In this document: positions 8,818 through 18,629 of the stretch, piece after piece
Layout of the letters: each line of letters starts with the position of its first letter
Numbering within the stretch: the stretch's first letter is position 1
Assembly (NCBI GenBank): GCA_963836235.1
Contig: CAWIIP010000002.1
Location: 1,728,001 to 1,792,000, forward strand
DNA length: 64,000 bases
Source of the DNA: an uncultured Pseudomonadota bacterium
GTDB taxonomy: Bacteria; Oederibacteriota; Muellerivitia; Muellerivitales; Muellerivitaceae
Direction of reading: 5' to 3'
The notes under the pieces: model-generated
What the model was told of the DNA's origin: nothing
Seen by the model: only the letters and a program-made list of their open reading frames with translations
The model's database searches: none
Translations under genes and position numbers: made by a program

Positions 8818-10890
8818 TCAGGGAATCGGTGCCGTATTTTGGAATAGGAGAGGATTTCTCAAGTTCTGTTGGGAGTCCACGGGCCGTCCCACCGATTCCA
8901 TGGCTTTGGAAAGATTGTAATAAAGATGGGCGGCGGGATAACCGGTATGGACGGCCTTTTCCAAATCCTGGACGCAATCGGGGTATCGGGAAAGGATGGC
9001 GTCGAACATTCCCGCTTTTTCCCAAAAGACGGACCGAAGGAAGGGATCCCGCTCAAAAGAGGGATAGGCCGCCTGAAGTTCCGCCCGAAAATTTTCCCAA
9101 CTCATAGGCGGACTCTTTTTTTTAATTTCCAAATCCAATTCCCGACAAAACCGGTCCGCAATCTTCCATTCTTCCAAGCTTTCACTGTCCATGGAACTTA
9201 CCGGTATCAAGCCCAAAGCCAAGTTGAAATTGTTGGGGAGGGGATCTTTCTTCAAAACCTCCCACCGGCTTTGGGGAAATCTTTTTTGAAGGAAGGGAAC
9301 GTAATATTTATTGACCAAGAGCGCGGCCCATCGAGGGCTTGAGCCGGATAGCTTGGAATTTTGAAGGGCATCGAAGGGAAAGCAAAAAAGGTTCAGGGTC
9401 TTGTTGAAATAGTCCAAGTTGAATTCAGAAAAAACATAAAGAGGGCCGTCCTGTCCGCTCGTTTCCTTTAACAGGCCGTAGGCCCTGGCATATTCGCCTG
9501 AAATCCAATCGCCCTTGCCGGCGGGGAGGGATTTCCAGTCCTGGTAGGGAACCCACCAGTGGTAAGCATTGAGGACTGAGGAAACCAGGAGGATCGCTCC
9601 AACCGCCACCCATCGGCGTGTTGCTGGAAGATGGAGCAGAAGTTCAACCAATCCCGCCAAAAGCGGAAACAAAAGAAGAGGAAGAATTTGAATGATATGG
9701 CACATGCCGACGGTATTGCTCAGGATCCCCGGAAGAAGAAATAATCCGAAGCTTAAGAAGAACCACGCGGAAAAAGCCGATTTCCACGCCGAGGCCAATC
9801 GCACCAGACCTACTCCAATCAAGGCGGATTCCAGGGGATTAAAAATCCCCCCCCAGGCCGGTCCATCGGGTTGGCTTCCGACGCCATTTCCGAAAAGAAG
9901 GCTCCCGTAAGCGGGCAAGGATTGGGAGAGGGGAAGTTGTAAAAATTCCTCCTGAAGATGGTGGAGGCCGCCTTGGCCCAGCCTTGCCCAAAAGAGTGGG
10001 AAGGCGGTTCCCAATGCTCCTAAGAGAAAAAAAACGCATAAACGGGGATAAGGTTTGAGAGTTTGAGCCAAAACCACCATGAACAGCGATAGGAAAACCA
10101 CGGGCCAAACGGTGTAAGAATAAAAGCCGAGGCCGACCATGATTCCCAGTGTTCCGAAGGCCCAGGATTTGGACTTTCCAGGTTGGGAGAGGGATTTCAA
10201 GGCCCAGCCACAGCTACCCAGGACCAGGCATTCCATGGGCAGTACCGCCAGGGGGCCGATGCCCGTGCGGCTAAAAACCCAGTTCCAAAAACTCAACATC
10301 CAAAAGCAGGCCGCCAGAAAGGAAAGGCTCTTGGATAAGAACTGCCGGGCCGCCCCATAAGCGAGCGGTATCGTGAGGGCGGAGACAAGGGCCGGAAAAA
10401 TCCGGATGGAAAAATTTGATGGCCCCAAGCATTTTAAAAAAAGCCCGAGACCCCAAAGATAGAGGGGTTCGGACTGGCATTCGCCCCATAACAGCCGCCA
10501 GTCCCAATGTTGGGAAAGGGACCAGCCCAAGATGCCAAAATGGCCCACATCCTTGATCGGCCAAAGGGGGTTGGAATCTATCTGGTAAAAACGGGTGAAA
10601 AGAAAAACCACCCCAAAAACCAACCAAAGGACGGAATTGGGAGGTGAAAGAAGGTTAGCATTCGCAGAAAGAAAGTCACGGTTGGAAGAATTTTGAACGG
10701 GGCGGTTCATCCGCCCCAAGAGGAATAGAGCTCCGGGGAACAAAAGCCCATAAAAGACGATCAGGAGTTTAACTGTCAAGGACCAGGAGGTATAAGCCAC
10801 CAGGGTGAAGGAAATAGAAAAAAAAAGAAAGCAAACCCAGGGTTGGTCCAGTTTTTTGAAGTCAAAAGGGGGCTTGTCTTTCGGAATCAT
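8818..10890 (-). CDS. GT-C fold membrane glycosyltransferase, paralogue of 6756..8813
   Basis: TRFYQI...WPIKDVG loop, GGIFNPL, DPFLRSVFWEKA and AVHTGYPAAHL motifs shared with the convergent neighbour. Confidence 0.75.
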   Translation of the reverse strand: MIPKDKPPFDFKKLDQPWVCFLFFSISFTLVAYTSWSLTVKLLIVFYGLLFPGALFLLGRMNRPVQNSSNRDFLSANANLLSPPNSVLWLVFGVVFLFTRFYQIDSNPLWPIKDVGHFGILGWSLSQHWDWRLLWGECQSEPLYLWGLGLFLKCLGPSNFSIRIFPALVSALTIPLAYGAARQFLSKSLSFLAACFWMLSFWNWVFSRTGIGPLAVLPMECLVLGSCGWALKSLSQPGKSKSWAFGTLGIMVGLGFYSYTVWPVVFLSLFMVVLAQTLKPYPRLCVFFLLGALGTAFPLFWARLGQGGLHHLQEEFLQLPLSQSLPAYGSLLFGNGVGSQPDGPAWGGIFNPLESALIGVGLVRLASAWKSAFSAWFFLSFGLFLLPGILSNTVGMCHIIQILPLLLFPLLAGLVELLLHLPATRRWVAVGAILLVSSVLNAYHWWVPYQDWKSLPAGKGDWISGEYARAYGLLKETSGQDGPLYVFSEFNLDYFNKTLNLFCFPFDALQNSKLSGSSPRWAALLVNKYYVPFLQKRFPQSRWEVLKKDPLPNNFNLALGLIPVSSMDSESLEEWKIADRFCRELDLEIKKKSPPMSWENFRAELQAAYPSFERDPFLRSVFWEKAGMFDAILSRYPDCVQDLEKAVHTGYPAAHLYYNLSKAMESVGRPVDSQQNLRNPLLFQNTAPIP

Positions 10891-10974
10891 GACCGCATTT
10901 TATCAGGTTCCACTTGCCGGAAATAAAAAAGGCCCGGTTATGTTTTTAAGAATGTAAGGCGTGGCCGCGGCCCA

Positions 10975-12696
10975 CTAGAGGGCCCGGGGAATGGTAAGGG
11001 TGAAGCAACTGCCCTTGCCCGGCTGGGTGATGGCGCTGATATCCCCGCCCTGGGCTTTCATGAAATGCTTTGCCACATATAGACCCAATCCCGCACCCGC
11101 CCTTCCCGCTTCTTCCCCCAACACCCGTTTTTGGGTAAAGAGCTGGGCCATGGCGGTGTCGCTGATGCCCCGGCCCGTATCCTTGACCTTCAGTAAAACC
11201 ACCCGATCCTTGGCTTCGGCGCCGAGAGTGAGGCCACCTTTATCGGTGAACTTAATGGCGTTGTTGATGAGGTTCCGGAGGGTTTCCACCATCTTGTCCC
11301 GGTCGGCCAGGATGTCGGGGATGCCGTCCATCCCTTCCAGGGTCAGTGTGAGGCCCTTGCGGGCCAGGATGGATTCGTAATCCCTCATGGATAACTGAAT
11401 GATTTCCAACAATGGCATTTTTCCAAGGTTGGCGCTGGTCAAGCCCCTCTCAATCTTGGAAAGGTTCAGAAGATCGGAAATCAAACGGTAGTTGTTCATC
11501 CCAATTTCCCGCATATCCATCAAGTATTCGGACTGTTTGGGCGACAACTCCCCGGCCAAACCGTCCAAGAGGTTCTCGACGTAGCCGTTGATCTCGCCCA
11601 CAGGCGTCTTCAACTGGTGGGAAGCCACCGAGATCAGGCTTTGCTTCATTTCTTCCACGTGGCGGCGCTCGGTGATGTCGCTGAAAATCGCCAGGGAATA
11701 TTGGATATCTTTTTTCAAATCGAATACGGGTGTTCCCCAGATTTGCAGGGGAAGGATATGCCCGTCGGCCAGGTGGATTTCCAGGTCCTCAACGACCGAC
11801 TTCTCCCCTTTCAAAGCCCGATTCATGGGTAATTGTTCTGAAGGATAGGGCTCGTCGGTTCCCGCCCGGTAGGCTTGGTTCAGGACGGCCATCTCGTCCG
11901 AACCAGCCGACTTAATGATTCCGTGGCCCAAAAGCTCGCGGGCTTTTTGGTTGGCGTAAAAGGGAGCCCCTTCCTTGTTCATGACAAAAATGCCCAGGGG
12001 AACGGCTTCGAGAAACTGGAAGAGACGGTATTCATTGATCTGGAGCAGTTCCTGGGCTTTTTCCTTATGCCCGATTTCGGAGCGGATGGTCAGGAGCGCC
12101 CCGAAGGCGAAAAAGGTGGCAGTGCAAGCTCCCAAGACAAGGATGCCGAGGGTGTCGCGGGCGTTCGCGTCCTCGGCGTCACGGCGCTTGGCCAGCAGAT
12201 TTTGCTCCTCTAGGATCATCCGGTCGATCGATTGGTCAAGGAGGTCGTTGTTAAGGGAGTTTTGGGAGTCCTTGAAATTGGCGATGGCTTCCTTGTGGCG
12301 GCCCGAAAGGCAGATCTGGATGTTCGAGCGGCTCCGTGACAGGCGGGATTGGAGTATCGGAATAAATTGGTTGAAGTTTCCCACTTGGACCGGGTCATCC
12401 TCGGTCATCCCTTGGGCTTCCAAGGCGGCCTTTTCCACAAGATTCAGCGAAGTTTCAACGGACTTCAGCAATCCGGGTTTGTCCAGGATCAAATAGGAAC
12501 GGTAAGCGGCCTGGGCCTTCTTGAGGTTATATTCCAAATCCTGCAGATGGTCGATAACCTCAGTGGTGTGGTCCACCAGGGCGTCACTCTCCATCATTTT
12601 GTTGATGCTGAAGTAGGAAAGGCCGCCGATGGCGAGGATGATCGCCGTCAAGAACCCGAAACCGACGAGCAATTTTTGCTTGAGGGAAAATTTCAT
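10975..12696 (-). CDS. Sensor histidine kinase (CHASE3-like + PAS + HisKA + HATPase)
   Basis: Two TMs around a periplasmic domain, PAS ending DITER, H-box ASHQLKTP, N-box NLINNAIKFT, G-boxes DTGRG and GAGLGL. Confidence 0.92.
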   Translation of the reverse strand: MKFSLKQKLLVGFGFLTAIILAIGGLSYFSINKMMESDALVDHTTEVIDHLQDLEYNLKKAQAAYRSYLILDKPGLLKSVETSLNLVEKAALEAQGMTEDDPVQVGNFNQFIPILQSRLSRSRSNIQICLSGRHKEAIANFKDSQNSLNNDLLDQSIDRMILEEQNLLAKRRDAEDANARDTLGILVLGACTATFFAFGALLTIRSEIGHKEKAQELLQINEYRLFQFLEAVPLGIFVMNKEGAPFYANQKARELLGHGIIKSAGSDEMAVLNQAYRAGTDEPYPSEQLPMNRALKGEKSVVEDLEIHLADGHILPLQIWGTPVFDLKKDIQYSLAIFSDITERRHVEEMKQSLISVASHQLKTPVGEINGYVENLLDGLAGELSPKQSEYLMDMREIGMNNYRLISDLLNLSKIERGLTSANLGKMPLLEIIQLSMRDYESILARKGLTLTLEGMDGIPDILADRDKMVETLRNLINNAIKFTDKGGLTLGAEAKDRVVLLKVKDTGRGISDTAMAQLFTQKRVLGEEAGRAGAGLGLYVAKHFMKAQGGDISAITQPGKGSCFTLTIPRAL

Positions 12697-12723
12697 GTCC
12701 GCTTTTCAAAGGAAGTTGTTTTG

Positions 12724-12732
12724 ATTATACCA
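12724..12732 (-). promoter_or_regulatory. Extended -10 promoter element for the kinase gene
   Basis: TGGTATAAT on the minus strand about 27 nt upstream of ATG 12696. Confidence 0.5.
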
Positions 12733-12866
12733 ATGAAAAAGAAGCGGAGGGATTTTACCCATGGTTGAAAAAATACACGACAAAACCATGGCACCTCAAA
12801 TGCCGAAGTTCGCTCAATTTGCCTTAGGACTTGGGCGAATGACGGATGCTTGGGATTTAGAAAGGG

Positions 12867-13196
12867 TTACTTTTCCTTGACGACCACCGCCGTGCCATAA
12901 CACAGCACCTCCGTGATGCCCTGCATGATCTCGGTAGCGTCGTAATGCACCCCGACCACCGCGTTGGCGCCCAATTGCTCGGCGTGCTTCATCATCATGT
13001 CGAAGGCTTCCTCCCGAGCCTGCTCGCAAAGGTTGGTGAAGAGGGTGATGTTGCCCCCAAAAATGGCCTGGAGGCCCGCCCCGATATTGCCAATCACCGA
13101 ACGGGACCGCACCACGATTCCCCGCACGACCCCGGCGTTTTTGACCGTCTGATAGCCGTCCAGCTCAAAGGTTGTCGTCGTCATATTGTGGTTCAT
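12867..13196 (-). CDS. ybjQ: YbjQ/UPF0145 family protein
   Basis: [50 protein letters not shown]; SD AAGGAGGA. Confidence 0.92.
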   Translation of the reverse strand: MNHNMTTTTFELDGYQTVKNAGVVRGIVVRSRSVIGNIGAGLQAIFGGNITLFTNLCEQAREEAFDMMMKHAEQLGANAVVGVHYDATEIMQGITEVLCYGTAVVVKEK

Positions 13197-13289
13197 GAAA
13201 TCCTCCTTAGGGTGAGTGACGGTTCATTATAGGAACCGAAAAGACGCTTTCCAGGGAGCTTTTTTGTTAAATCAATCGAAAGAGAGGGA

Positions 13290-15038
13290 TTAAATCTGAA
13301 TGATCTTCCGCTTGTGGTCCAGGAAGTCGCGTAAGACATACTGGGTCAGCTTTTCGGGGGCGGGGAAGATGAGGCGGCCCTTGTTGATCTTGTGCATGTC
13401 CTCCAAAAAATCCCCCTCGCCGAAATAGCCCATGTCCACCTCGTTGCCCATCATGAAGGTGTTGATGGTGATGTTCTCGTCGGTGACGGCCTTCACTTCC
13501 CGCAAGGTGCGCTGGTAGGTACGCTCGTTGGGAGGGTAAGTCAGGTAGAGGTAGGAACCCTCGTAAAAGGCGGTGGGGGCGCCGTCGGTAATGAGAAGGA
13601 TGCTCTTGTTCCGGGTCTCAGTATTGGCCAGAAGCACCCGGGCTAGTTCCAGGCCCTTCTGCAGATTGGTGAAATGCTGGGGGATGGAATCCCTATCCCG
13701 CTGGGTGAGCCCCCTGGAAAAATCGACCCGCATGTTGACCGCTCCGCCCATGATGGAAACGGGTTTGGGGGCCAACTCGGGGATAGAACCCACGTTAATT
13801 TGCTTGGCGAAGGTGGAGAAGCAAACGAAGTACAGTTTGTCCTCGGGATATTCGGTATGGACGAGGGAATCAAGGGCCAGGGCCAGTTTTTTGGCGTTAT
13901 AGAAACGGCCGTAGCGGCTCATGGAGCCGGACTGGTCGATGAGCATCACGATGGCGGAAGAGGCCGCGCCTTTGGTCTGGTGCACCATGAAATCCCGGCT
14001 GTCGATTTGGATACGGCCCTTCGGCACCCCCCCAGGGTTACCCACTTGGCGGATGGCGGAATTTAAAAGGCTTCCCGGAAGGTCCAGTGTTGTCAATGAA
14101 TCGCCGAATTCATAAGGACGGGTGGGGGTCATTTCCACATTGCCATCGCCGGTGTAAGTGGCGTGGTGGCGGCCCATGCCGTCGGTAAAGAGGCGGGAGA
14201 AAACTTCCTTCAGGGCTTTCTCACCGATCTTGCGCGCGGCGCCGGGAGTGATCTTGTAGATATCCGATTCCTCGTCATAATCCACATCACCGGTGGCCTT
14301 GAGGGCTTCCGTAAATTGCTGTTTCAGCTCGTCCCGCTTGGCCTGGAGCGCCTGGGCCGCCTCCTCGCCCAGGATATCCTTCAAGGTTTCTACTTCCATG
14401 TTGAAGAGGTCGCCATATTCCAGGGCGTCCTTCAATTGTTGCTCCAATTCTTCGAGGCTTTTCAGCCTTTCCTTCAGGCGCTCGGCCTCCGAGGGCGTGG
14501 GAGTCTTGGGGCCCGTGAAGTCATGCCGGTCATAGAGGTCCCTGAGGGAATTCATCTGCTGGATGAGGTAATTCAATTCCTGCAAAAGTTCCCGGGCCTC
14601 GTTGGCGGCCTTATTCTGTAATCGCGCCAACTGCCAATCCAGGTTGTAAAGTTGAGAGGGGTTGCGCTGTTGAAGGGCTTCTTCCAGCTTTTGCGACAGG
14701 GTCTTGTCCTTGAGTTTCGAGACCAACTGTTCCAAGGCCATCGATTTGCGGAGGATTTCTTGTTCCATCTTGTTCAGGAGCTCGTCCAGGCGGTGGCCTT
14801 CCAGTATTTCCTTCTTGTGCCTCTCCACCTCGTCCAGGTAACCCTGTATTAAATCCTGCAGGCCGCTGGTTTTCATGAATTGGTTGTAGGGAATGCCTTT
14901 TTCCTGCAGGTGGCGCAGGGCCTCGTCAAAGGTGACGTGGTACTGCATCATCAATTCTTTCACCGCATTGACCAGGTCCTCCAGGGTGAAGGGGGGGGTT
15001 TCGGGCTCGTGCCATTCGGAATAATCGTGTGTAATCAA
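13290..15038 (-). CDS. VWA domain protein (partner of the adjacent AAA+ ATPase)
   Basis: Coiled-coil N-terminus; TRPYEFGD; MIDAS DQSGSMS, TNLQKGL, LITDGAPT; TTG start with SD AGGAG. Confidence 0.85.
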   Translation of the reverse strand: MITHDYSEWHEPETPPFTLEDLVNAVKELMMQYHVTFDEALRHLQEKGIPYNQFMKTSGLQDLIQGYLDEVERHKKEILEGHRLDELLNKMEQEILRKSMALEQLVSKLKDKTLSQKLEEALQQRNPSQLYNLDWQLARLQNKAANEARELLQELNYLIQQMNSLRDLYDRHDFTGPKTPTPSEAERLKERLKSLEELEQQLKDALEYGDLFNMEVETLKDILGEEAAQALQAKRDELKQQFTEALKATGDVDYDEESDIYKITPGAARKIGEKALKEVFSRLFTDGMGRHHATYTGDGNVEMTPTRPYEFGDSLTTLDLPGSLLNSAIRQVGNPGGVPKGRIQIDSRDFMVHQTKGAASSAIVMLIDQSGSMSRYGRFYNAKKLALALDSLVHTEYPEDKLYFVCFSTFAKQINVGSIPELAPKPVSIMGGAVNMRVDFSRGLTQRDRDSIPQHFTNLQKGLELARVLLANTETRNKSILLITDGAPTAFYEGSYLYLTYPPNERTYQRTLREVKAVTDENITINTFMMGNEVDMGYFGEGDFLEDMHKINKGRLIFPAPEKLTQYVLRDFLDHKRKIIQI

Positions 15039-15059
15039 TTCAAACTCCTAAACCTATTG

Positions 15060-15167
15060 AACCACCAAGGCACCAAGGGCACCAAGTACACCTGGAAAAG
15101 AAAAGACTTCTTTGATTTAAACTAAAAGATTCAAGCTGTTCTTGGTGCCCTTGGTGTCTTGGTGGTT
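15060..15167. repeat. Intergenic inverted-repeat element with CACCAAG-periodic arms
   Basis: 27-bp arms 15060-15086 and 15141-15167 (1 mismatch), 54-nt AT-rich spacer. Confidence 0.85.
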
Positions 15168-16593
15168 AAACATTCTTCTTCTTGGGTGCTGCCGAAGTCT
15201 GGTAGTCCATCATCTCACCCACCTTGTTCCGCGACAACTTGCCGGACAGGTGTAAACCCTCCAGCACGAATTCCACGCAGGAAGCCTGGTAGGGGTCCGA
15301 GCCTTTTTCGCTTAAATGGTGAACCGGCTCCCAAATCTGGGGGAGCTGGGAAATGACGTTCTTGTAGTCGGCAGCGGGAGTTAGGTCCGACACCCTGATG
15401 TGCTTTTCCCCAGCCATGTCGGGAACGGAAAGCTCGAAGTGGTCTTTTTCCATGTGTTCCTTGAAAACCGCCAAAACCGCTTTATCCATGATTTTTCCGA
15501 AAACCTGGTGTTCGGTCACTGTTTCCTCGCGGAAGGGGTCCAGCTCGATTTTGCCGGAAGAAGAAGTGTATAGGTAATTCAAGTCCGACATCCGTGGAAC
15601 CGCCTCCGGTTCGCCCAGGACATAAGCCCGGCGGCGGGAGTTGGCGATCATGGTTTCATAATTGGCGATGGAGAGACGGGCGGAGACACCCGACTTCTGG
15701 TTCACGTAGGGGCTCTTTCTCGCCTCGATAGTGATCTGTTCGATAATTTCGGTCATGAAATCGGGAACCGTCAGCTTCACCTCGTCATTCTTAGGGACGC
15801 GGGCTTCCTGGTGGATGATCTTGATTCCCAACTCCCGGGTCAAGGGATAGTGGGTGCGGATCTCGGCGCCAATACGGTCCTTGAGTTGGGTGATAATCTT
15901 GCCCGCCCGGGTGTATTCCTCAGGGTTGGCGGTAAAGAGCAGGAGAATGTCGAGGTTGAAGCGGATGGGATAACCCCTTACCTGGATGTCCCTTTCTTCT
16001 AATATGTTAAAGAGAGCCACCTGTACCAGGTATTCCAGGTCGGGCAGTTCGTTCACGGCGAAGATGCCCCGGTTCATGCGGGGGATCAGGCCGAAGTGGA
16101 TGGCTTCCTCGCTGGCCAGGGGATTCCCCGCCGCCACCTTGGCGGGGTCCAGGTCGCCGATCAAGTCGGCGATCTTGGTGCCGGGGGACAGGCGCTCGGC
16201 GTAGCGGTCTTCCCGGCCGATCCAGACGATCTCCAGGTTTTCCCCGTGCTCCGCCAGTTTCTTGCGGCAGGAAGCGCAGATAGGGTGGTAAGGATGGTCG
16301 TGGATTTCACAGCCCTTTACGATGGGCATTTCCTCGTCCAAAAACTGCATTAGGGACCGCATGATGCGGCTCTTGGCCTGGCCCTTCTCGCCCAAAAGTA
16401 CGATGTCATGGTGCGAGAGCAGGGCATTGGTCAACTGGGGAAGGACTGTCTCCTCAAACCCGTGAATTTGCGGGAAAAGGGGTCCGCCGGAACGGATTTT
16501 TTTCAAAAGATTCCGCTCGAGTTCTTCTTTTACGGTGAAGTCACCGTAGCCGGAAGCGCGCAATTCTTTCAAATTCATTGGTTTGGAAGACAT
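15166..16593 (-). CDS. AAA+ ATPase, Mg-chelatase-like (Rv0958-type)
   Basis: Variant Walker A GEKGQAKS, CEIHDHPYHPIC, ADLIGDLDP, Walker B FAVNELPDL, TANPEEYT. Confidence 0.88.
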   Translation of the reverse strand: MSSKPMNLKELRASGYGDFTVKEELERNLLKKIRSGGPLFPQIHGFEETVLPQLTNALLSHHDIVLLGEKGQAKSRIMRSLMQFLDEEMPIVKGCEIHDHPYHPICASCRKKLAEHGENLEIVWIGREDRYAERLSPGTKIADLIGDLDPAKVAAGNPLASEEAIHFGLIPRMNRGIFAVNELPDLEYLVQVALFNILEERDIQVRGYPIRFNLDILLLFTANPEEYTRAGKIITQLKDRIGAEIRTHYPLTRELGIKIIHQEARVPKNDEVKLTVPDFMTEIIEQITIEARKSPYVNQKSGVSARLSIANYETMIANSRRRAYVLGEPEAVPRMSDLNYLYTSSSGKIELDPFREETVTEHQVFGKIMDKAVLAVFKEHMEKDHFELSVPDMAGEKHIRVSDLTPAADYKNVISQLPQIWEPVHHLSEKGSDPYQASCVEFVLEGLHLSGKLSRNKVGEMMDYQTSAAPKKKNV

Positions 16594-16667
16594 GAAGTAC
16601 CCTTCAATTGAGATGATTTCTTTTTATCTTACGGGTTCAAAAGCACTGGATGCAAGGCCACTAGGGT

Positions 16668-18512
16668 CTAAAAGCCCAGCGATTTGTAAATATCCCATAT
16701 ACCGAAAAGCGAAGGGTGATGGTTGGAGGGGTCATCCGACGCGTGCCTTAATCGCAGATTCCCCAAAGCTAAGACGGGGCCTTCCACGAAAGTCGGCCCG
16801 GTCAATTCCAGGATGTTTCCCGACTTTCGCAGGAGGAAAGAGGGGTTGCGGGAAAGATAAAAACGGTGGAAGGCCCCATCGAAATAAGAAAAAGTAATGG
16901 GAATTTTATCCCGGTTCTTGACCGCTATTTCCGATGTCGCGTAAATGACGCGGTCGAAATGGTCGGGGAAGACCATAGAGGAAGCGGTCAGCCCCAGATC
17001 CGGAAAAAGCCGCTCGGTCTGTTCCACGCCCCAGGTTTCGAAGAGGGTAAAGGTGGGGATCATTCGGATGTCGGGCCGCTGGCGCGCGACATTTTGAAGA
17101 TAGTAAAGGCTGAAATAATCCTCGTCCGCTTCCGCGAAAAAGACCGAATTGCGGGGGATGGATTTGAGGAGATTCTCGCCATAGTCGTAGGGAAGGGTTT
17201 GTTTTTCCTGGCTCCATTGGTCGAACCCCTTGAAGGCCATCAAAAAAGGAATCGCACCCAAGAGGAGAATGACCAGGGGCGCCACCTTGGAAGGGGAATG
17301 ACGGAGGCGGGACAGAAGGAAAAACATTCCCACGGACGCCAGGAGGGCCAGGATCCAATCCGCGGGAATGAGGAAGTTATCCAGCATCCAAGTGGAATGG
17401 GGGTTGTCTGAAATCCGCAAAGCCGTGAGCAAGGCCATCAGGAGACCAGCGAAGGAAAGAAACAGAAATAAAAGAAGTTTCCTTTCTTTCAAGCCTAGCC
17501 AAGCCAAGAGGCCCAGAATCGACAGTATTAGGGGCAAGAGTCCCGTGTTGTTCAGGAGATGGTCCGAGATGGGACGGCCTTGGACTTTCAAGATGAGCCG
17601 CCATAAATCGGCGAATTGATCCCAGGTCGAAGTTCCTTTGAGGACCTGTGCCAGCAGCTCCCCCAGGCTGGTTTCCCGGAACGACAGGTAACTTCTGGAA
17701 AGGTCCGCGATAAAAAGGGAAAAAGTACCAGGGGCTCCCAGGTTCAAGACCGGATGGGCTTGGGCCCGTAGGGGCAGATAAAGCAGGGGTGACAGGGCCA
17801 AAAGAAAAAGGGAAAGGCTTTTGAGAAGGGGTGAGGCCCAATGGATTTTCGAATTTTCGCCGTTCGGCAAGAAAAAAAATAAAAGGAAGGCGGGCAGGAA
17901 GACCATTTGGGTTTCCCAATGGTTCGCGAACCCCAGTCCGAAGATAAAAAAAGAAAGAAAAATCCAACGGCGATTTACAGAGAGGGCGGGGATCACCTGG
18001 CTTAGGAGGCAGGAGGTAAGAGCCAACTGAAGCACGACACCGAGCAGGTAAATTCCCCCTTTAGCGCCCAAGGCATTTCGCCAAAAAGCGGGTGAAAAGG
18101 CCAAAAGAAGCGAACCCCACGCGGCGCAAAAAAGAAGAAGGCTTTCGCCTTCCGAGTTGTTTTCCCAAAAGGATTTCAAGGTGAAATGGATCATCCCGGC
18201 CAGAAGGACGACCGAAAAGGACGCCAACAAGGCGGACCCTACATTGACGCGAAAGCAGGGGTTGCCGAGGGGCAAAAGGGAGAAGAGTCTCCCGAAAATG
18301 GCCGCGAGGGCATATCCGGGCGGATGTTGGAGCCCTAAAGTGGCTCCGGCGGTTATAGTTTCCGCCGAATCGTCGTTGGGGAAAACGGGATTCAAAGTAC
18401 GAAGGTAGATTTCAAAACTACCCAGTAAAAGAACGGGCTTCCAAAGAATTTGAAGCCAATGATGGAAAGGGGTTTTTCGATCGGGCTGGGTCAAGGTTGG
18501 CCTCGATGGCAT
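16668..18512 (-). CDS. DUF2723 / TMEM260-like membrane glycosyltransferase (putative protein O-mannosyltransferase)
   Basis: DDSAETITAGATLGLQHPPGY signature, multiple TMs, LYLPLRA, YLQNVARQRPDI; exact start uncertain. Confidence 0.85.
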   Translation of the reverse strand: MPSRPTLTQPDRKTPFHHWLQILWKPVLLLGSFEIYLRTLNPVFPNDDSAETITAGATLGLQHPPGYALAAIFGRLFSLLPLGNPCFRVNVGSALLASFSVVLLAGMIHFTLKSFWENNSEGESLLLFCAAWGSLLLAFSPAFWRNALGAKGGIYLLGVVLQLALTSCLLSQVIPALSVNRRWIFLSFFIFGLGFANHWETQMVFLPAFLLFFFLPNGENSKIHWASPLLKSLSLFLLALSPLLYLPLRAQAHPVLNLGAPGTFSLFIADLSRSYLSFRETSLGELLAQVLKGTSTWDQFADLWRLILKVQGRPISDHLLNNTGLLPLILSILGLLAWLGLKERKLLLFLFLSFAGLLMALLTALRISDNPHSTWMLDNFLIPADWILALLASVGMFFLLSRLRHSPSKVAPLVILLLGAIPFLMAFKGFDQWSQEKQTLPYDYGENLLKSIPRNSVFFAEADEDYFSLYYLQNVARQRPDIRMIPTFTLFETWGVEQTERLFPDLGLTASSMVFPDHFDRVIYATSEIAVKNRDKIPITFSYFDGAFHRFYLSRNPSFLLRKSGNILELTGPTFVEGPVLALGNLRLRHASDDPSNHHPSLFGIWDIYKSLGF

Positions 18513-18629
18513 TATAACTGGTGAAAAAGTAAAAGAGTTTTCCGAATCCTTGAAACAGGAAAGGTCTTTTGGGTTAAAATAATCCCACTCGACTCCTCAA
18601 CGCCAACCTAATATCCCTAAAGAGAATCC

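Noticed and set aside
12790-12806. sigma54-like GG-N10-GC upstream of the kinase
   Set aside because: The better match points to the plus strand where no gene follows, and an extended -10 already explains kinase transcription
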